Source: Malacoraja senta
Taxonomy: Eukaryota
Reading direction: 5' to 3'
Assembly: GCA_038087875.1 (NCBI GenBank)
Contig: CM075977.1
Location: 121,892,001-121,956,000, forward strand
DNA length: 64,000 nucleotides
The notes beneath the pieces were generated by a model. That model was not told the origin of the DNA. It saw only the letters and a list, made by a program, of their open reading frames with translations, and made no database searches. This document shows positions 13,405 through 25,474 of the stretch, piece by piece. The stretch's first letter is position 1. Each line of letters begins with the position of its first letter. Position numbers and translations under genes: made by a program.

Positions 13405-14938
13405 ATAACCATATAACCATATAACCATATAACCATAACAGCACGGAAACAGGCCATCTCGGCCCTTCAAGTCCGTGCCGAACATTTAAATTTTTATTTT
13501 TTATTTTTTTTATTTAATTAAAAATAAAATACTTCCCCCTAGTCCCATCTACCTGCACTCAGACCATAACCCTCCATTCCTTTCCCGTCCATATACCCAT
13601 CCAATCTATTTTTAAAGGATAACATCGAACCTGCCTCCACCACTTCCACTGGAAGCTCATTCCACACAGCTACCACTCTCTGAGTAAAGAAGTTCCCCCT
13701 AATGTTCCCCCTAAACTTCTGTCCCTTAATTCTCAAGTCATGTCCCCTTGTTTGAATCTTCCCTACTCTCAATGGGAAAAGCTTATCCACGTCCACTCTG
13801 TCTAACCCGCTCATAATTTTAAAGACCTCTATCAAGTCCCCTCTTAACCTTCTGCGCTCCAAAGAATAAAGACCTAACTTGTTCAACCTTTCTCTGTAAC
13901 TTAGTTGCTGAAACCCAGGCAACATTCTAGTAAATCTCCTCTGTACTCTCTCTATTTTGTTGACATCCTTCCTATAATTAGGCGACCAAAATTGTACTCC
14001 ATACTCCAGAATTGGCCTCACCAATGCCTTGTACAATTTTAACATTACATCCCAACTTCTATATTCAATGCTCTGATTTATAAAGGCCAGCACACCAAAA
14101 GCTTTCTTTACCACCCTATCTACATGAGATTCCACCTTCAGGGAACTATGCACAGTTATTCCTAGATCCCTCTGTTCAACTGCATTCCTCAATTCCCTAC
14201 CATTTACCGTGTACGTCCTATTTTGATTTGTCCTGCCGAGATGTAGCACCTCACATTTATCAGCATTAAACTCCATCTGCCATCTTTCAGCCCACTCTTC
14301 CAAATGGCCTAAATCTCTCTGTAGACTTTGAAAATCTACTTCATTATCCACAACACCACCTATCTTAGTATCATCTGCATACTTACTAATCCAATTTTCC
14401 ACACCTTCATCCAGATCATTGATGTACATGACAAACAACAGTGGACCCAACACAGACCCCTGAGGCACCCCACTAGTCACCGGCCTCCTACCTGACAAAC
14501 AGCCATCCACCATTACTCTCTGGCATCTCCCATTCAGCCACTGTTGAATCCATCTTGCTACTCCACCATTAATACCCAACAATTGAATCTTCTTAACCAA
14601 CCTTCCATGAGGAACCTTGTCAAAGGCCTTACTGAAGTCCATATAGACAACATCCACTGCTTTACCCTCATCAATTTCCCTAGTAACCTCTTCGAAAAAT
14701 TCAAGAAGATTAGTCAAGCATGACCTTCCAGGCACAAATCCATGTTGACTGTTTCTAATCAGACCCTGCTTATCCAGATGCTTATATATATTATCTTTAA
14801 GTATCCTTTCCATTAATTTGCCCACCACTGACATCAAACTAACAGGTCTATAATTGCTAGGTTTACTCTTCGAACCCTTTTTAAACAACGGAACAACATG
14901 CGCAGTACGCCAATCCTCCGGCACTATTCCCGTTTCTA
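13405..14938 (-). mobile_element. Young 5'-truncated CR1 LINE with open RT frame (13539-14938)
   Basis: About 465 uninterrupted codons (YMDFSKAFDKVPH, GVPQGSVLGP, YADDTK); octamer tail (ataaccat)n at 13405-13437. Confidence 0.95.
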
Positions 14939-15174
14939 ATGTCGGGGGGTGGGGAATAAAGGAAGAGGCAGAGACAGTAGGCTTGTGGGAGATCTGGGAA
15001 ACGGAGGGGAAGGAGGGAGAAAGCAAGGACTACCTGAAATTGGAGAAGTCAATGTTCATACCGCTGGGGTGGAAACTACCCAAGTGAAATATGAGGTGCT
15101 ATTCCTCCAATTTGGACAGGAAGATCGGATTCGGAATGGGAAGGGGAGTTGAAGTGCTGAGCCACCGGGACACC

Positions 15175-16400
15175 GCAGAACCAACCAATCCCCGTCTACT
15201 AATACTCTCCTCCACCTGGAGGAGCTGGTCCTTACCCTCAACAACTTTTCCTTTGACTCCTCCCATTTCCTCCAAATCCAAGGCGTAGCTATGGGCACGC
15301 GCATGGGCCCCAGCTATGCCTGCCTCTTTGTAGGGTACGTCGAACAATCCTTGTTCGAGGCGTACCATGACTCTATCCCCGAACTCTACCTCCGCTACAT
15401 TGACGACTGCATTGGTGCTACCTCCTGTAACCATGCAGAACTCACTGACTTCATCCATTTCTCCACTAACTTCCATCCAGCACTCAAATTCACCTGGACC
15501 ACTGACCGACATCTACTGCAAACCCACTGACCCCCATGGCTATCTGGAATACACTTCTTCCCACCCTGCATCCTGTAAGGACTATCCCCTACTCCCAATT
15601 CCTCCAATCTACGCAGCATCTGCACCCAGGATGAGGTGTTCCAGACCAGGGCATCGGAGATGTCCTCATTCTTTAGGGAACAGGGGTTCCCCTCTTCTAT
15701 TATAGATGAGGCTCTCACCAGGGTCTCCTCTACATCCCGCAGCCCCGCTCTCACTCCCCACCCCCTCCTCGTAACAAGGACAGAGTCCCCCTTGTCCTCA
15801 CGTTCCACCTAATCAGCAGTCGCATACAACATATAATCCTCCGACATTTTCGCCACCTCCAACAGGATCCCACCACTGGCCACATCTTCCCATCTCCTCC
15901 CCTTTCTGCTTTCCACAGAGACCGTTGCCTCCGTAACTCCCTAGTCAATTCGTCCCTTCCCAACTTTCCCACCCCATCCTCTGGTACTTTCCCTTGCAAC
16001 TGCTGGAAATGCTACACTTGTCACTTTACCTCCTCCCTTATCTCCATCCAAGGACCCAAGTTGTCTTTCCAGGTGAGGCAGAGGTTCACCTGCATCTCCT
16101 CCAACCTCATCTACTGCATCCGCTGTACCAGGTGTCAACTTCTCTACATCGGCAAGACCAAGCCCAGGCATGGTGATCGCTTCGCCCAACACCTCCGCTC
16201 AGTTCGCAATAACCAACCTGATCTCCCGGTGACTCAACACTTCAACTCCCCTTCCCATTCCGAATCCAACCTTTGTGTCCTGGGCCTCCTCCACTGCCAG
16301 AGTGAGTCCCAGCGCAAATTGGAATAACAGCACCTCATATTTTGCTTGGGTAGTTTACACTCCAGCAGTATGAAATTGATTTCTCCAATTTCAGGTAGTC
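15175..16400 (+). pseudogene. Penelope-like RT and GIY-YIG endonuclease, frameshifted
   Basis: GVAMGTRMGPSYACLFVGYVE, YLRYIDDCIG, FTCISSNLIYCIRC..CQLLYIGKT and DRFAQHLRSVR motifs. Confidence 0.9.
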
Positions 16401-17321
16401 CTTGCTTTCTCCCTCCTTCCCCTCCCCTTCCCAGCTCTCCCACAAGCCTACTGTCTCCGCCTCTTCCTTTCTTCCCCCTTCCGACAACAGTCTGAAGAGG
16501 GGTCTCTACCCAGAACGTCACCTATTCCTTCTCTCCATAGATGCTGCCTCACCCCGGCTGAGTTTCTCAAGCATTTTTGTCGACCATCTAGCATGGCATG
16601 TTTGGTATTATTACGTGCAAAGTCCAAACCAGTAAAAATGTTAACAGCACACCCTTCATTGAAAGCAATAAACTCTCAATAAATAGCAATGTTTAGTACA
16701 ATAATGTATACAAAATCATTGGTATTGGTTTATTATTGTCACATTTGTGATAGTTGCATGGTAATCATTGAACTACAGCTTCCATATCTATTTATTTGGA
16801 CTCACACACTATCTCCCTGGTCATCCAGTGTCTGCTAGCAGTAGATCTCTTGCTGCCACACAAGTGGTCTGTTTGGCCAGAGCCATAGAACTCTCAGGTG
16901 TGAGTGACTCCTGGTTTCCTCACTGCCTAATGTTGTGATCCTTTCACAAATACAATCCCCCAATCCATGTAATTCAATCCAACCGGGGACCATTATTGGT
17001 GGTGCATACTCAAGGTCAATAACTGGCTATAATTTGTAACCACCAGCAATCTGGCAGTTCGCTTCTACCACGATTGGGGCCCCTTCTGGCTCAGCGCTCT
17101 TCCGATTGTTCTGTCTCAACAGGAAATGGTTGAAGTACATGAGATAAACATCCCTGTTTTCGACTGCCCAATGCTCCTTCAATTCATGTGACTGAGGAAT
17201 AAATATAGAATTCAGATCCTTAAACCCGAGACAGTTTCAGCCTTCCCATTCCCAACATCCTTCCTCTGCATTTTATGAAATGGGATTTATAATTTTGACT
17301 GCCAGTTATTTTTTCTATGGA

Positions 17322-17750
17322 TGCACAGTATCGCAGCTGTTAGAGCTGCTGCTTCACAATAATGTATCAAAAATCATAGAGTCATTGGTATTGGTTTATT
17401 AGTGTCACATTTGTGATAGTTGCATGGTAATCATTGAACTACAGTTTCCATATCTATCTAGTTGGACTCACATACTATCTCCCTGGTCATCACCAGAGAC
17501 CAGGGTACAATCCTGACCTCGGATGCTGTCTTTGTAGAGTTTTCACATTCTCCCTGGGACTGTGTGGGTTTCTTCCCACATCCCAAAGACACGTGGGTTT
17601 GTAGGTTGGTTGGCCTATGTAAATAGTCCCTAGTGTGTAGGGAGTGGATGAGAAAATGGGTTAACATAGAACTGGAGTGAACGGGTGATTGATGGTCAGT
17701 GTGGACTCAATGGACCTAAGGGTGTGTGTCCATGCCGTATCTCTAAACAA
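17322..17750 (+). mobile_element. HE1-like SINE interrupted by a locally templated insertion
   Basis: SINE head split at 17356-17491; the rest matches 5397-5722. Confidence 0.75.
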
Positions 17751-17899
17751 ATCCCGAAGTAATATTCCTACCTTAGGATAATTCTATCGCGGGCCAACTT
17801 GATAAGTGGCTTCCAAGGCAAGTCCTTCTGCTTTTTACACTCATGCGAATTACTGGTTTACCATCAAATCCACTTTCAGCATTCATGTGACTCAGTTAT

Positions 17900-18545
17900 G
17901 AAATAGACTATGTTAGCATTTATATCAAGAGGACTGGAATACAAAAACAGAGATGTAAAATGCTGAGGCTCCATAAGGCATTGGTCAGGCCACATTTGGA
18001 GTACTGTGAGCACATTTGGGCCCCATATCTGAGGAAGGATGTGCTGGCTCTGGAGAGGGTCCAGAGGAGGTTTACAAGAATGATTCCAGGAATGAGTGGG
18101 GTAGCATACGATGAATATTTGACAGCACTGGGTCTCTGCTCGCTGGAGTTTAGAAGGTTGAGGGGGGGACCTCATTGTAACTTACAGAATAATGAAAGGC
18201 ATAGATAGAGTGGATGTTTCCACTGATGGGGGAGTCTAGGACTGGTGGTCTAAGCCTCAGAATTAAAGGGCGCTCTTTTAGAAAGGAAGTGAGGAGGAAC
18301 TTCTTTAGTCACAGGTTAGTTAACCTGTGGAACTCATTGCCTCAGAGGGCTGTGGAGGCCAAATCAGTGGATATTTTTAAGGCAGATATAGACAAATTCT
18401 TGATTTGCAAAAGTGTCAAGGGTTATGGAGAGAAGGCAGGAAAATGGGATTAGGAGGCAGAGATCAGCTATGATTGAATGACGGAGTAGACTCGATGGGC
18501 CGAATGGTCTAATTCTACTCCTATAACTTGTGAACTTGTGAAGAC
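17900..18545 (+). mobile_element. CR1 LINE 3' portion
   Basis: ORFs 17960-18208 (ALVRPHLEYC) and 18214-18453; tail (aacttgtg)n. Confidence 0.9.
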
Positions 18546-19364
18546 CATTCACTAGTTGTACCTCAGAATTGTGCACTGAATGAAACTGCCTCACATATCC
18601 TTTCTATATAAGAGGGTAACGCTCCCTCATACATCATGTCAAGCTTATTAAATATTTTTGCATGAATTCTGTTCATTTTGTCAGTCGGCACTGTGCAATC
18701 CTGCAATGCCTGATCTAACAACGCCAGAAATCGTATCTTTATGCCGAACACAAATTCACTGGTTTTCAGTTTCATATGTCTAACTTATTTGATCTGCACT
18801 GGTTTACAAAGGATGAACAAGGTCAGCATTCCAAATAACCTTGCGTTCTTCAGTAGTTTTACAGCATACACTTTAATAGAAATTATTTATAATTATATTT
18901 AAATGTAGTTGTGAGATCTGATATTCCACGATGCCACTTTCAAATTCCCAAACAGTTCTTCCCTAATGGAACAAAAGCCCTCGAGTGACTTGATATTAAT
19001 TAAGCATCGTACTGATTCAAATATAAGTTCATTAGAGCAGTTCCAGATATCCTTTCACTGGTTTTACTGAGCCATTTCCTTGTTTGTCTCTGCTCTACAA
19101 ATGGGACTATTTTGAATGTGTGGAACTGGCAGGAGGGAGCTACATTATTTCTAATTCCAGGATTACAGCTGAGTGATGGTGAACCATTGAACCTTTCTTC
19201 CTCTCCCCAGTTAATGAAGCAGATTGGATACTGTTGCTCAGTGAGGCTTTCTTTGAGGTACAATACAAGTCAATGGGTCACCACTATGACTGCATCGAGT
19301 GTTGAGGCTAACTTTCTGTAGCCCCCCCTTGGATTCTTAACCTAAACATATTTAATCAATAACA

Positions 19365-19600
19365 AGGATGGTGAATCTGTGGAATTCTTTGCCACAGAAG
19401 GCTGTGGAGGCCGTCAGCGGATATTTTTAAGGCAGAATTAGAAGGATTATTGATTAGTACAGGTGTCAAAGGTTATGGAGAGGCAGGAGAATGGGGTTAA
19501 GAGGGAAAGATAGATCAGTCATGATTGAATGGCAGAGTAGAATTGATGGGCTGAATGGCCTAATTCTACTCCTATTCCTTATGACCTTATAACCTTATGA
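19365..19600 (+). mobile_element. CR1 LINE 3' fragment
   Basis: Same tail as 5962-6315. Confidence 0.75.
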
Positions 19601-19790
19601 ATATCTCCAATAGAGGGCACAATTAAATTTAACTGAACCAAAAGATCCAGTTAATATCAGTTGTCTTCAAATGTAATAAGTGGTAGCCTGGTCCATCATG
19701 GGAACTGGCCACCCACCTTTGAAGGAATCTACTGAATGCATTGTCTTGAAAAGGCAGCTAATATCATCAAAGACCCACAACACCCATATC

Positions 19791-19987
19791 TGAGTAGCGG
19801 CATATTGGAATGAAATCATGGTAACTGACGTCATATTTTAATGTATTACCTGTTGCTATGAGTCAGAAAGGTCAGAGGACACATGTTGCCGGGATGTAAA
19901 GGAAAGGAGGACGAATAAAACAAAGCGTTTATGTTCAGTGCCCTCGAAGTATGTTTATTATATTCGGATCCAGCTGAGGATCTAACA
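19791..19987 (+). mobile_element. Possible short solo LTR
   Basis: TG start, AATAAA at 19914, ends ...ctaaca; no TSD found. Confidence 0.35.
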
Positions 19988-20027
19988 AAGTATAATATTA
20001 TTTTATCTTTATTAAAATATATGAAGA

Positions 20028-20845
20028 CATACTCTGATTCAATTTAAAATTTTACATAGATTATATTATTCAAAAGCTAAATTAAGTAAATGTTTTCCCA
20101 AATACCTCTGCTAACTGTGATAAATGCCTAGTCCAAGAAGCAACTGTAGCACATTCTTTTGTTTTCTGTATAAAAATTCAAAAAGTTTTGAATGAAAATG
20201 TTGAAATTTTCACTAAATTATTTAAAATAAAACTGAAACCGAATGCAGAATTGATTATTTTTGGAACAATAGAAGCAAGTTTGGAGCTGACTGCGTTTCA
20301 AAGGAGTTTTCTTAGTTATGGCTTAATAACGGCAAAAAAACTGATACTGAAATTTTGGAAAAATGCTCCTACGCCAACAATAAAAATGTGGACTTCTAAT
20401 ATGTCGGAATTGTTACACCTAGAAGATATGAGATTCCTCCTAGCAGGTAAACAAGACCAATTCCAAAAGATTTGGTCTCCATATATCGACTTATTACAAA
20501 CATAGGGTGCAACAAAATGTTGATAATAAATGGTTTTAGGACCTGGCGAGGGGTGAGTAAAGATAAGAAGTAGGTACATCCCTTTCATATTGTCCTATCT
20601 TATTTTCTTTTTTCTCTTTTTTTCTTTTCTTCTTTAACTACTTCTTGTGGTTTAGGTTCACATGTGTGTTCCTGGACCACTTTTTCATTCACTCACTGAC
20701 TGTCTTTGCTAGCTCTTTCTATCCTTTCTTTCTATTAAAGTTGAAAAACAGAAGTGGTACAAGAACTGTATAAATTTACGTTATTGCAGATTACTGTAAT
20801 GTAAAATACTTCTAATAAAAAAAATTAAAAAAATTAAAAAAATAA
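20028..20845 (+). mobile_element. 5'-truncated L1-clade LINE
   Basis: ORF2 C-terminus (QFKILHRLYY...CDKC...H...C; AKKLILKFWK; KIWSPY), T-rich UTR, AATAAA and A-tail; 14-bp TSD aaaatatatgaaga (20014-20027, 20846-20859) at a TT/AAAA site. Confidence 0.9.
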
Positions 20846-21494
20846 AAAATATATGAAGAAAGAAGCTTTTATTAGATTTTATCCCAGACCCCAAATACTA
20901 GTATCCATAATGCTTATATATTTTATGTTGCTGAAACAAAGCTTCACACTGTAGCACATCATGTTGTTTCAAAGTTTTGTTAGGGGGATCTGTATTCACA
21001 CAACTGTTTGTCTAATACTGCAGAAAACTGTATCTTTCATGTTTGCAAACAGCTTACATACTCTTTCTCTCAATAACCTGCCATCATGGTTTGAGTGTGA
21101 TCTCATTGTTCTTGTATTGTCAAGGTATTGCTGAAGTTTTGCCTTTGATATGGGAAAATCACTAAGGACTCTCATTTATTGGCCTTGCATTCAAATTATC
21201 TTTTTTGTCAGGGACACCTCACAGTTGTTCAATTCTCTGACCAACTTTTAACTTTGCTCTACATTTCTGAATTTCAACCTCACTGTAGTCTTTGCAGGCA
21301 CACTTGTTCTTAATACCTATTGCCCCTTGATTTGCTTTAATCAGGATACAATCCAAACTTTATTTCTTGACTACCAGCAAAATATACATATAGTCAGTTT
21401 TTCTTGAGTGCTCTTTATTTCTCTGAAGGAATAGCTATTGTTAATATTATCCATTCCACATTTGGCGACATCATTTTCTCACTTACAACCATAT

Positions 21495-21624
21495 ACCTTT
21501 CATTTGGACAGATACATGGATAGGGAAGGTTTAGAGGGGTGTGGGCCAAATGGTGGCAGGTGGGAATGGGGTAGATGGGGCATCTTCATTGGTATGGGCA
21601 GGTTGGGCTGAAGGGCCTGTGCCC
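21495..21624 (+). mobile_element. CR1 3' tail split by the ERV; continues at 35459-35475
   Basis: ...gggctgaagggcctgtgccc | ERV | gccctattactctat reconstitutes a CR1-type tail. Confidence 0.7.
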
Positions 21625-21840
21625 TGTAGCCGGAGACTTGATGGCAAATAGCCCAACACGTTTTGGGAATATGCTACTAGCTAGGACCAGGAGAACAAAG
21701 AAGCACTGTGAAAATGGTCACGTGATGGACATCAGGTGAGAGCAGAGCTGAAGGTAACTTCATGGCTATGTAGTGTGGCCTTGAGAAGATAAGGTGTCTG
21801 GGAACAGCCATTTTGCAAAGGAGAGTTGGATGAGATAGCC
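21625..21840 (+). repeat. 5' LTR remnant
   Basis: About 70-bp block 21766-21835 (tgtggccttgagaagataaggtgtctggga...ccattttgcaa) matches 34325-34395; the rest of the LTR and the PBS are missing. Confidence 0.65.
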
Positions 21841-22760
21841 CGGAGATATGGAGAGGGATTTGGAGAACTAGAGTGGGACTTGAGACCTCATGCCCCCTGT
21901 GATGAAGGTCAGGGCATGCCACCATCCATTGAACCCGTCCTTATGAATCCATTTACCACACATCGGACAGGCAGGTCACAGGAAAATAACATACAGCACA
22001 TCACATGACAGTAGCGCAACTGTCTTAAATAGCAAAAAGCATCCCAGTCTTCAAACTTTCCGCTGACCCTCATGAGCTATTTGATCGTGTCCGCTAGCAG
22101 AAAGATATGCATGGGCTAGATGATGAGGAAGAGAAAACGCTCCTGCTTGCATGTCTCAGCCCTATCATACATTCAGCATTACCTGAGCCTCAGAACACTG
22201 GGGGAGGCAGCCTGCAGGCCATGAAAGAAGCCATACTGACGGTGGCGGGAAGTCATAGAACAGACCCAGAGGAGGTTTTAAATAAATGTAGACAGAAAGA
22301 AGGGGAACGCCCTACAGCTTATGCCAGATGATTATGGGTACATTTTAATGAAGTATATGGACCAGGTCTGGACTGGCAACACTTACAGGCACCTAATGAT
22401 AATAGAAGGACCAGGACCCTGGTAACACACTCCAGACACGATAGTAGACAAGCATGCAAAAGCTTTGAGCCGTGACCCAACACATACAGAACCATGGGTA
22501 TTGAGACATTTGGTACGGGCTTGGGAAAAGGAGGTTAGAGAAGCTGCAAAGTTTAAAATAAACAAGGAGGGAAGAATGAATCCTATTAAAAGCCTGAACA
22601 GAGGTCCAGTATGGGGAAATGAGGGAAGGGATAGAGAAAGAGATGGCAATGGTAACTGGGGTTCACCATCTCCGTACAGATCCCTGGCAGGGAGAGAACA
22701 AATTCATGATCAGAGAGCTGATTGGAATGAGGGTGTGCGAGAGCAGGGGCAAGGCGCAGA
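21841..22760 (+). pseudogene. gag: ERV gag remnant
   Basis: Interrupted frames DMHGLDDEEEKTLLLACL...LNKCRQKEGERPTAYAR*LW (major-homology-region-like QxxxExxxxY), in the expected position. Confidence 0.65.
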
Positions 22761-22948
22761 ACAACAAAACATCACTGGAAGGACCCAGATTGTTGGAGTT
22801 TTGTTTGAGGTGGGGTTGTTTCACTTTTAATACGTTGAACAATTACTTGATCAATAAATTCCAGCATTCCTCAGCTTTGCAATGTTAAAGTCTAATGCTT
22901 CCATTAACGTTTGTATGATTTTGTTCTTGTCTTGTTAACAGCTTAACC

Positions 22949-23838
22949 CAGGGGCCTCCAAACCTTTCAGCATGAGGGCCACATCATATATTTAGCACAT
23001 TTTTGCGGGCTATAGGAAGAAATAAAGACGTCAGTTTTATAAATTTAATGAAAGAGATAGAGATATAGAGAGATATAGAGAGATATAGAGAGATAGAGAG
23101 ATAGAGATAGATAGANNNNNNNNNNNNNNNNNNNNNNNNNNNNNNNNNNNNNNNNNNNNNNNNNNNNNNNNNNNNNNNNNNNNNNNNNNNNNNNNNNNNN
23201 NNNNNNNNNNNNNNNNNNNNNNNNNNNNNNNNNNNNNNNNNNNNNNNNNNNNNNNNNNNNNNNNNNNNNNNNNNNNNNNNNNNNNNNNNNNNNNNNNNNN
23301 NNNNNNNNNNNNNNNNNNNNNNNNNNNNNNNNNNNNNNNNNNNNNNNNNNNNNNNNNNNNNNNNNNNNNNNNNNNNNNNNAGGGGGAGAGAGAGGCAGAG
23401 AGGGGAGAGAGAGGGGGGAAAGAGAGAGGGGGAGAGAGGGCAGAGAGAGAGAGGGCAGAGAGAGAGAGGGCATAGAGAGAGAGGGCAGAGAGAGAGAGGG
23501 CAGAGAGAGGGAGGTCAGAGAGGAACGATTGCACGTTGTAACGCGCCACCGACCCATTCTGACCGCCGCCGCTGAACACCGCCCCACTCCATTCTGGCTG
23601 CCACGGCCGAACAACCCCACCCCCACCACCAATGCACCCTTCTTCACGGCGGCCCTGTGATGACGCGGCTCTGACAATTCGAGGGACCTACCCGGTAACA
23701 ACACTAAGAGCCGCCGTGTTCCCCAACTCGAATCGACTCGATGCCTAACTGACACATGCTCTGTCCTGCGCTGAGCTTGCTGCGGGCCAGATAAAGTCTC
23801 GTGGCGGACCGGATGTGGCCATAGTTTGGAGACCCCTG
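22949..23838. mobile_element. hAT (Charlie-like) MITE containing AG-rich repeats and a gap
   Basis: TIRs caggggcctccaaac / gtttggagacccctg; 8-bp TSD gcttaacc / gcttaatc. Confidence 0.85.
23116..23380. other. Assembly gap
   Basis: N run. Confidence 1.
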
Positions 23839-24507
23839 GCTTAATCCCTTAAGGAAAGTCATTAACTGGTTTAAAGTATGAATTATATGTAAGTTTTATA
23901 TTGTTGCAAGAGGTGTGGCACGAGGTAATTTTGATTTGCATGACGGGAAGCGAAAATGCATGAAGTAGGCGAGTGCAAAAAGCTGCTGCGTGTTTGTTAC
24001 ATCTGTCTTGGGAGAATGTTGAATGAATCCTATGTTCTAGATGGAATAGGATGTGACTGAAAGATTCTGTTTCTGTGTTTTAAAAAGTAATGTTGCTTTA
24101 AGAACTTGTGCGAGTTGTGTGGGAGCCCCATCCATCTTTTCCTTTCCTTTATTCTTTGGATTATGTGTTGGAAGTTTTCACTGTGGAAATTAACGTTATT
24201 CTAATTTTCTAGTTATTTTGAAGATTCTAAAATGAGAAGTGCAAACTTTTGTCCTTTTTATTTCATATAGTTTCTTTCTTTTGAAATTAATTTGAGAGAA
24301 ACCAGGATTCCACAATGGCCATGTGGAATCCAGGTTAAGGTGTTGGAAGGTGAGTGTCTCTATTCCGGATATGACATGCCGTCATTTCAGAAAGAAATTG
24401 GCATTTGGGGATATTGGTTATTAGGGTATATTTAAATTGGGAATTTGAAATAGGTATTTTGAGAAATTGGAACATTAGGGAGCAATCTTAAAAGTTGTTT
24501 TTACTAA

Positions 24508-25474
24508 CATGTTGATTAGTTGGACTGGATGTTACAATCCCTAAGGTTCTTCGCCACACTGACACCCGGTATTCTTGGGGATGACCACTAGGTGATTTTG
24601 CTACCAATCAGACACATCTTCAGTTGTGTACCTCAACGTCACTGGGTGTTTCGGCCTTTTATCACAAGACACCCTCAGTCGAGGCAGGCCCACCGCAGGG
24701 TGATCAGCCCTGGGTGTGAGTCTTATGGTTAGCCTCTAGATGGTCACGTGGCAGCCCAGACAGCATCATTTCTCTTCAGCCACAGCCAGTGACTGCTCCA
24801 TTCTGATTTTTTCTTTCCATCTTCCTCTCTACCGCTGACTGTGGCTGGTTGGGCTCTGGACTCATGTCCGTTGGTGGGACAGTACTTGGTTGAGCTTTGC
24901 CTGGGGTGCTGATACTCTGTGGACTGTGGTGGTTAACCTGCCACTGGGCTTCATTCGACTGATTTGGCCTACCTCTTAGAAAGTAATGGTCAATGCGAGG
25001 CCCCACACCAAGCTCTCCCAGGCACTTTTTCCTGCCCTGGTGGATCTTGAGACCCTTCTCTGATGTTATCTTTTCCCAGCCACAGATGCAGCTTCGTAGC
25101 TTATGTCCTGCTGGTGCTGCCGCTCTGTCAATTGCTGCGCTAGTTGTCTTATTCATTGTCGATTCCTTCCGTAGCAATATAAAGGTGGATCCAAAATGCT
25201 GATTAGCGATGGATCCTGCTGGCATGAGGAGCTAGCCCATGCCAGCCCCTGTGGGGTCTATTCCCTCCGGTCAGCAGTCTCTCCAGGCCATCACTAGGTC
25301 TTTCCCTGGTTGTCAGCTGCCCTTTCGCAGCGGTCACTGGTTTGATCCAGAAGTTCATATTGATTAGTTGGACTGGATGTTACAATCCATAAGGTTCTTC
25401 ACCACACTGACACCCGGTATTCTTGGGGATGACCACTAGGTGATTTTGCTATCAATCAGATAGCATCTTCAGTT
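24508..25474 (-). mobile_element. Internally deleted HERO-type (R2 group) non-LTR retrotransposon with terminal direct repeats
   Basis: ORF 24776-25225 carries an N-terminal zinc finger CICGW...GLKIHQGRKKC joined directly to the 3' region; 24508-24625 is repeated at 25356-25474. Confidence 0.7.
24610..24684 (-). ncRNA. Predicted rearranged (non-circularly permuted) hammerhead ribozyme
   Basis: RNA GGGUGUC-UUGUG...GGCC-GAAA-CACCC...CACAA-CUGAAGA-UGUGUCU: full core, 6-bp stem III, 5-bp stem I, bulged stem II. Confidence 0.7.

Larger units (their letters stand above)
13274..16581 (+). mobile_element. Penelope-like element, 5'-truncated, with inverted 5' segment (interrupted by a CR1)
   Basis: Inverted pLTR/ORF end at 13274-13404 and 14939-15172; sense RT, GIY-YIG and pLTR at 15175-16581; imperfect flanking duplication gaccatccagccatg / gaccatctagcatg. 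Confidence 0.85.

Noticed and set aside
13539-15026. 495-aa ORF as a PLE-CR1 fusion protein
   Set aside because: The first ~30 codons are chance read-through from flanking PLE non-coding sequence into a 5'-truncated CR1.
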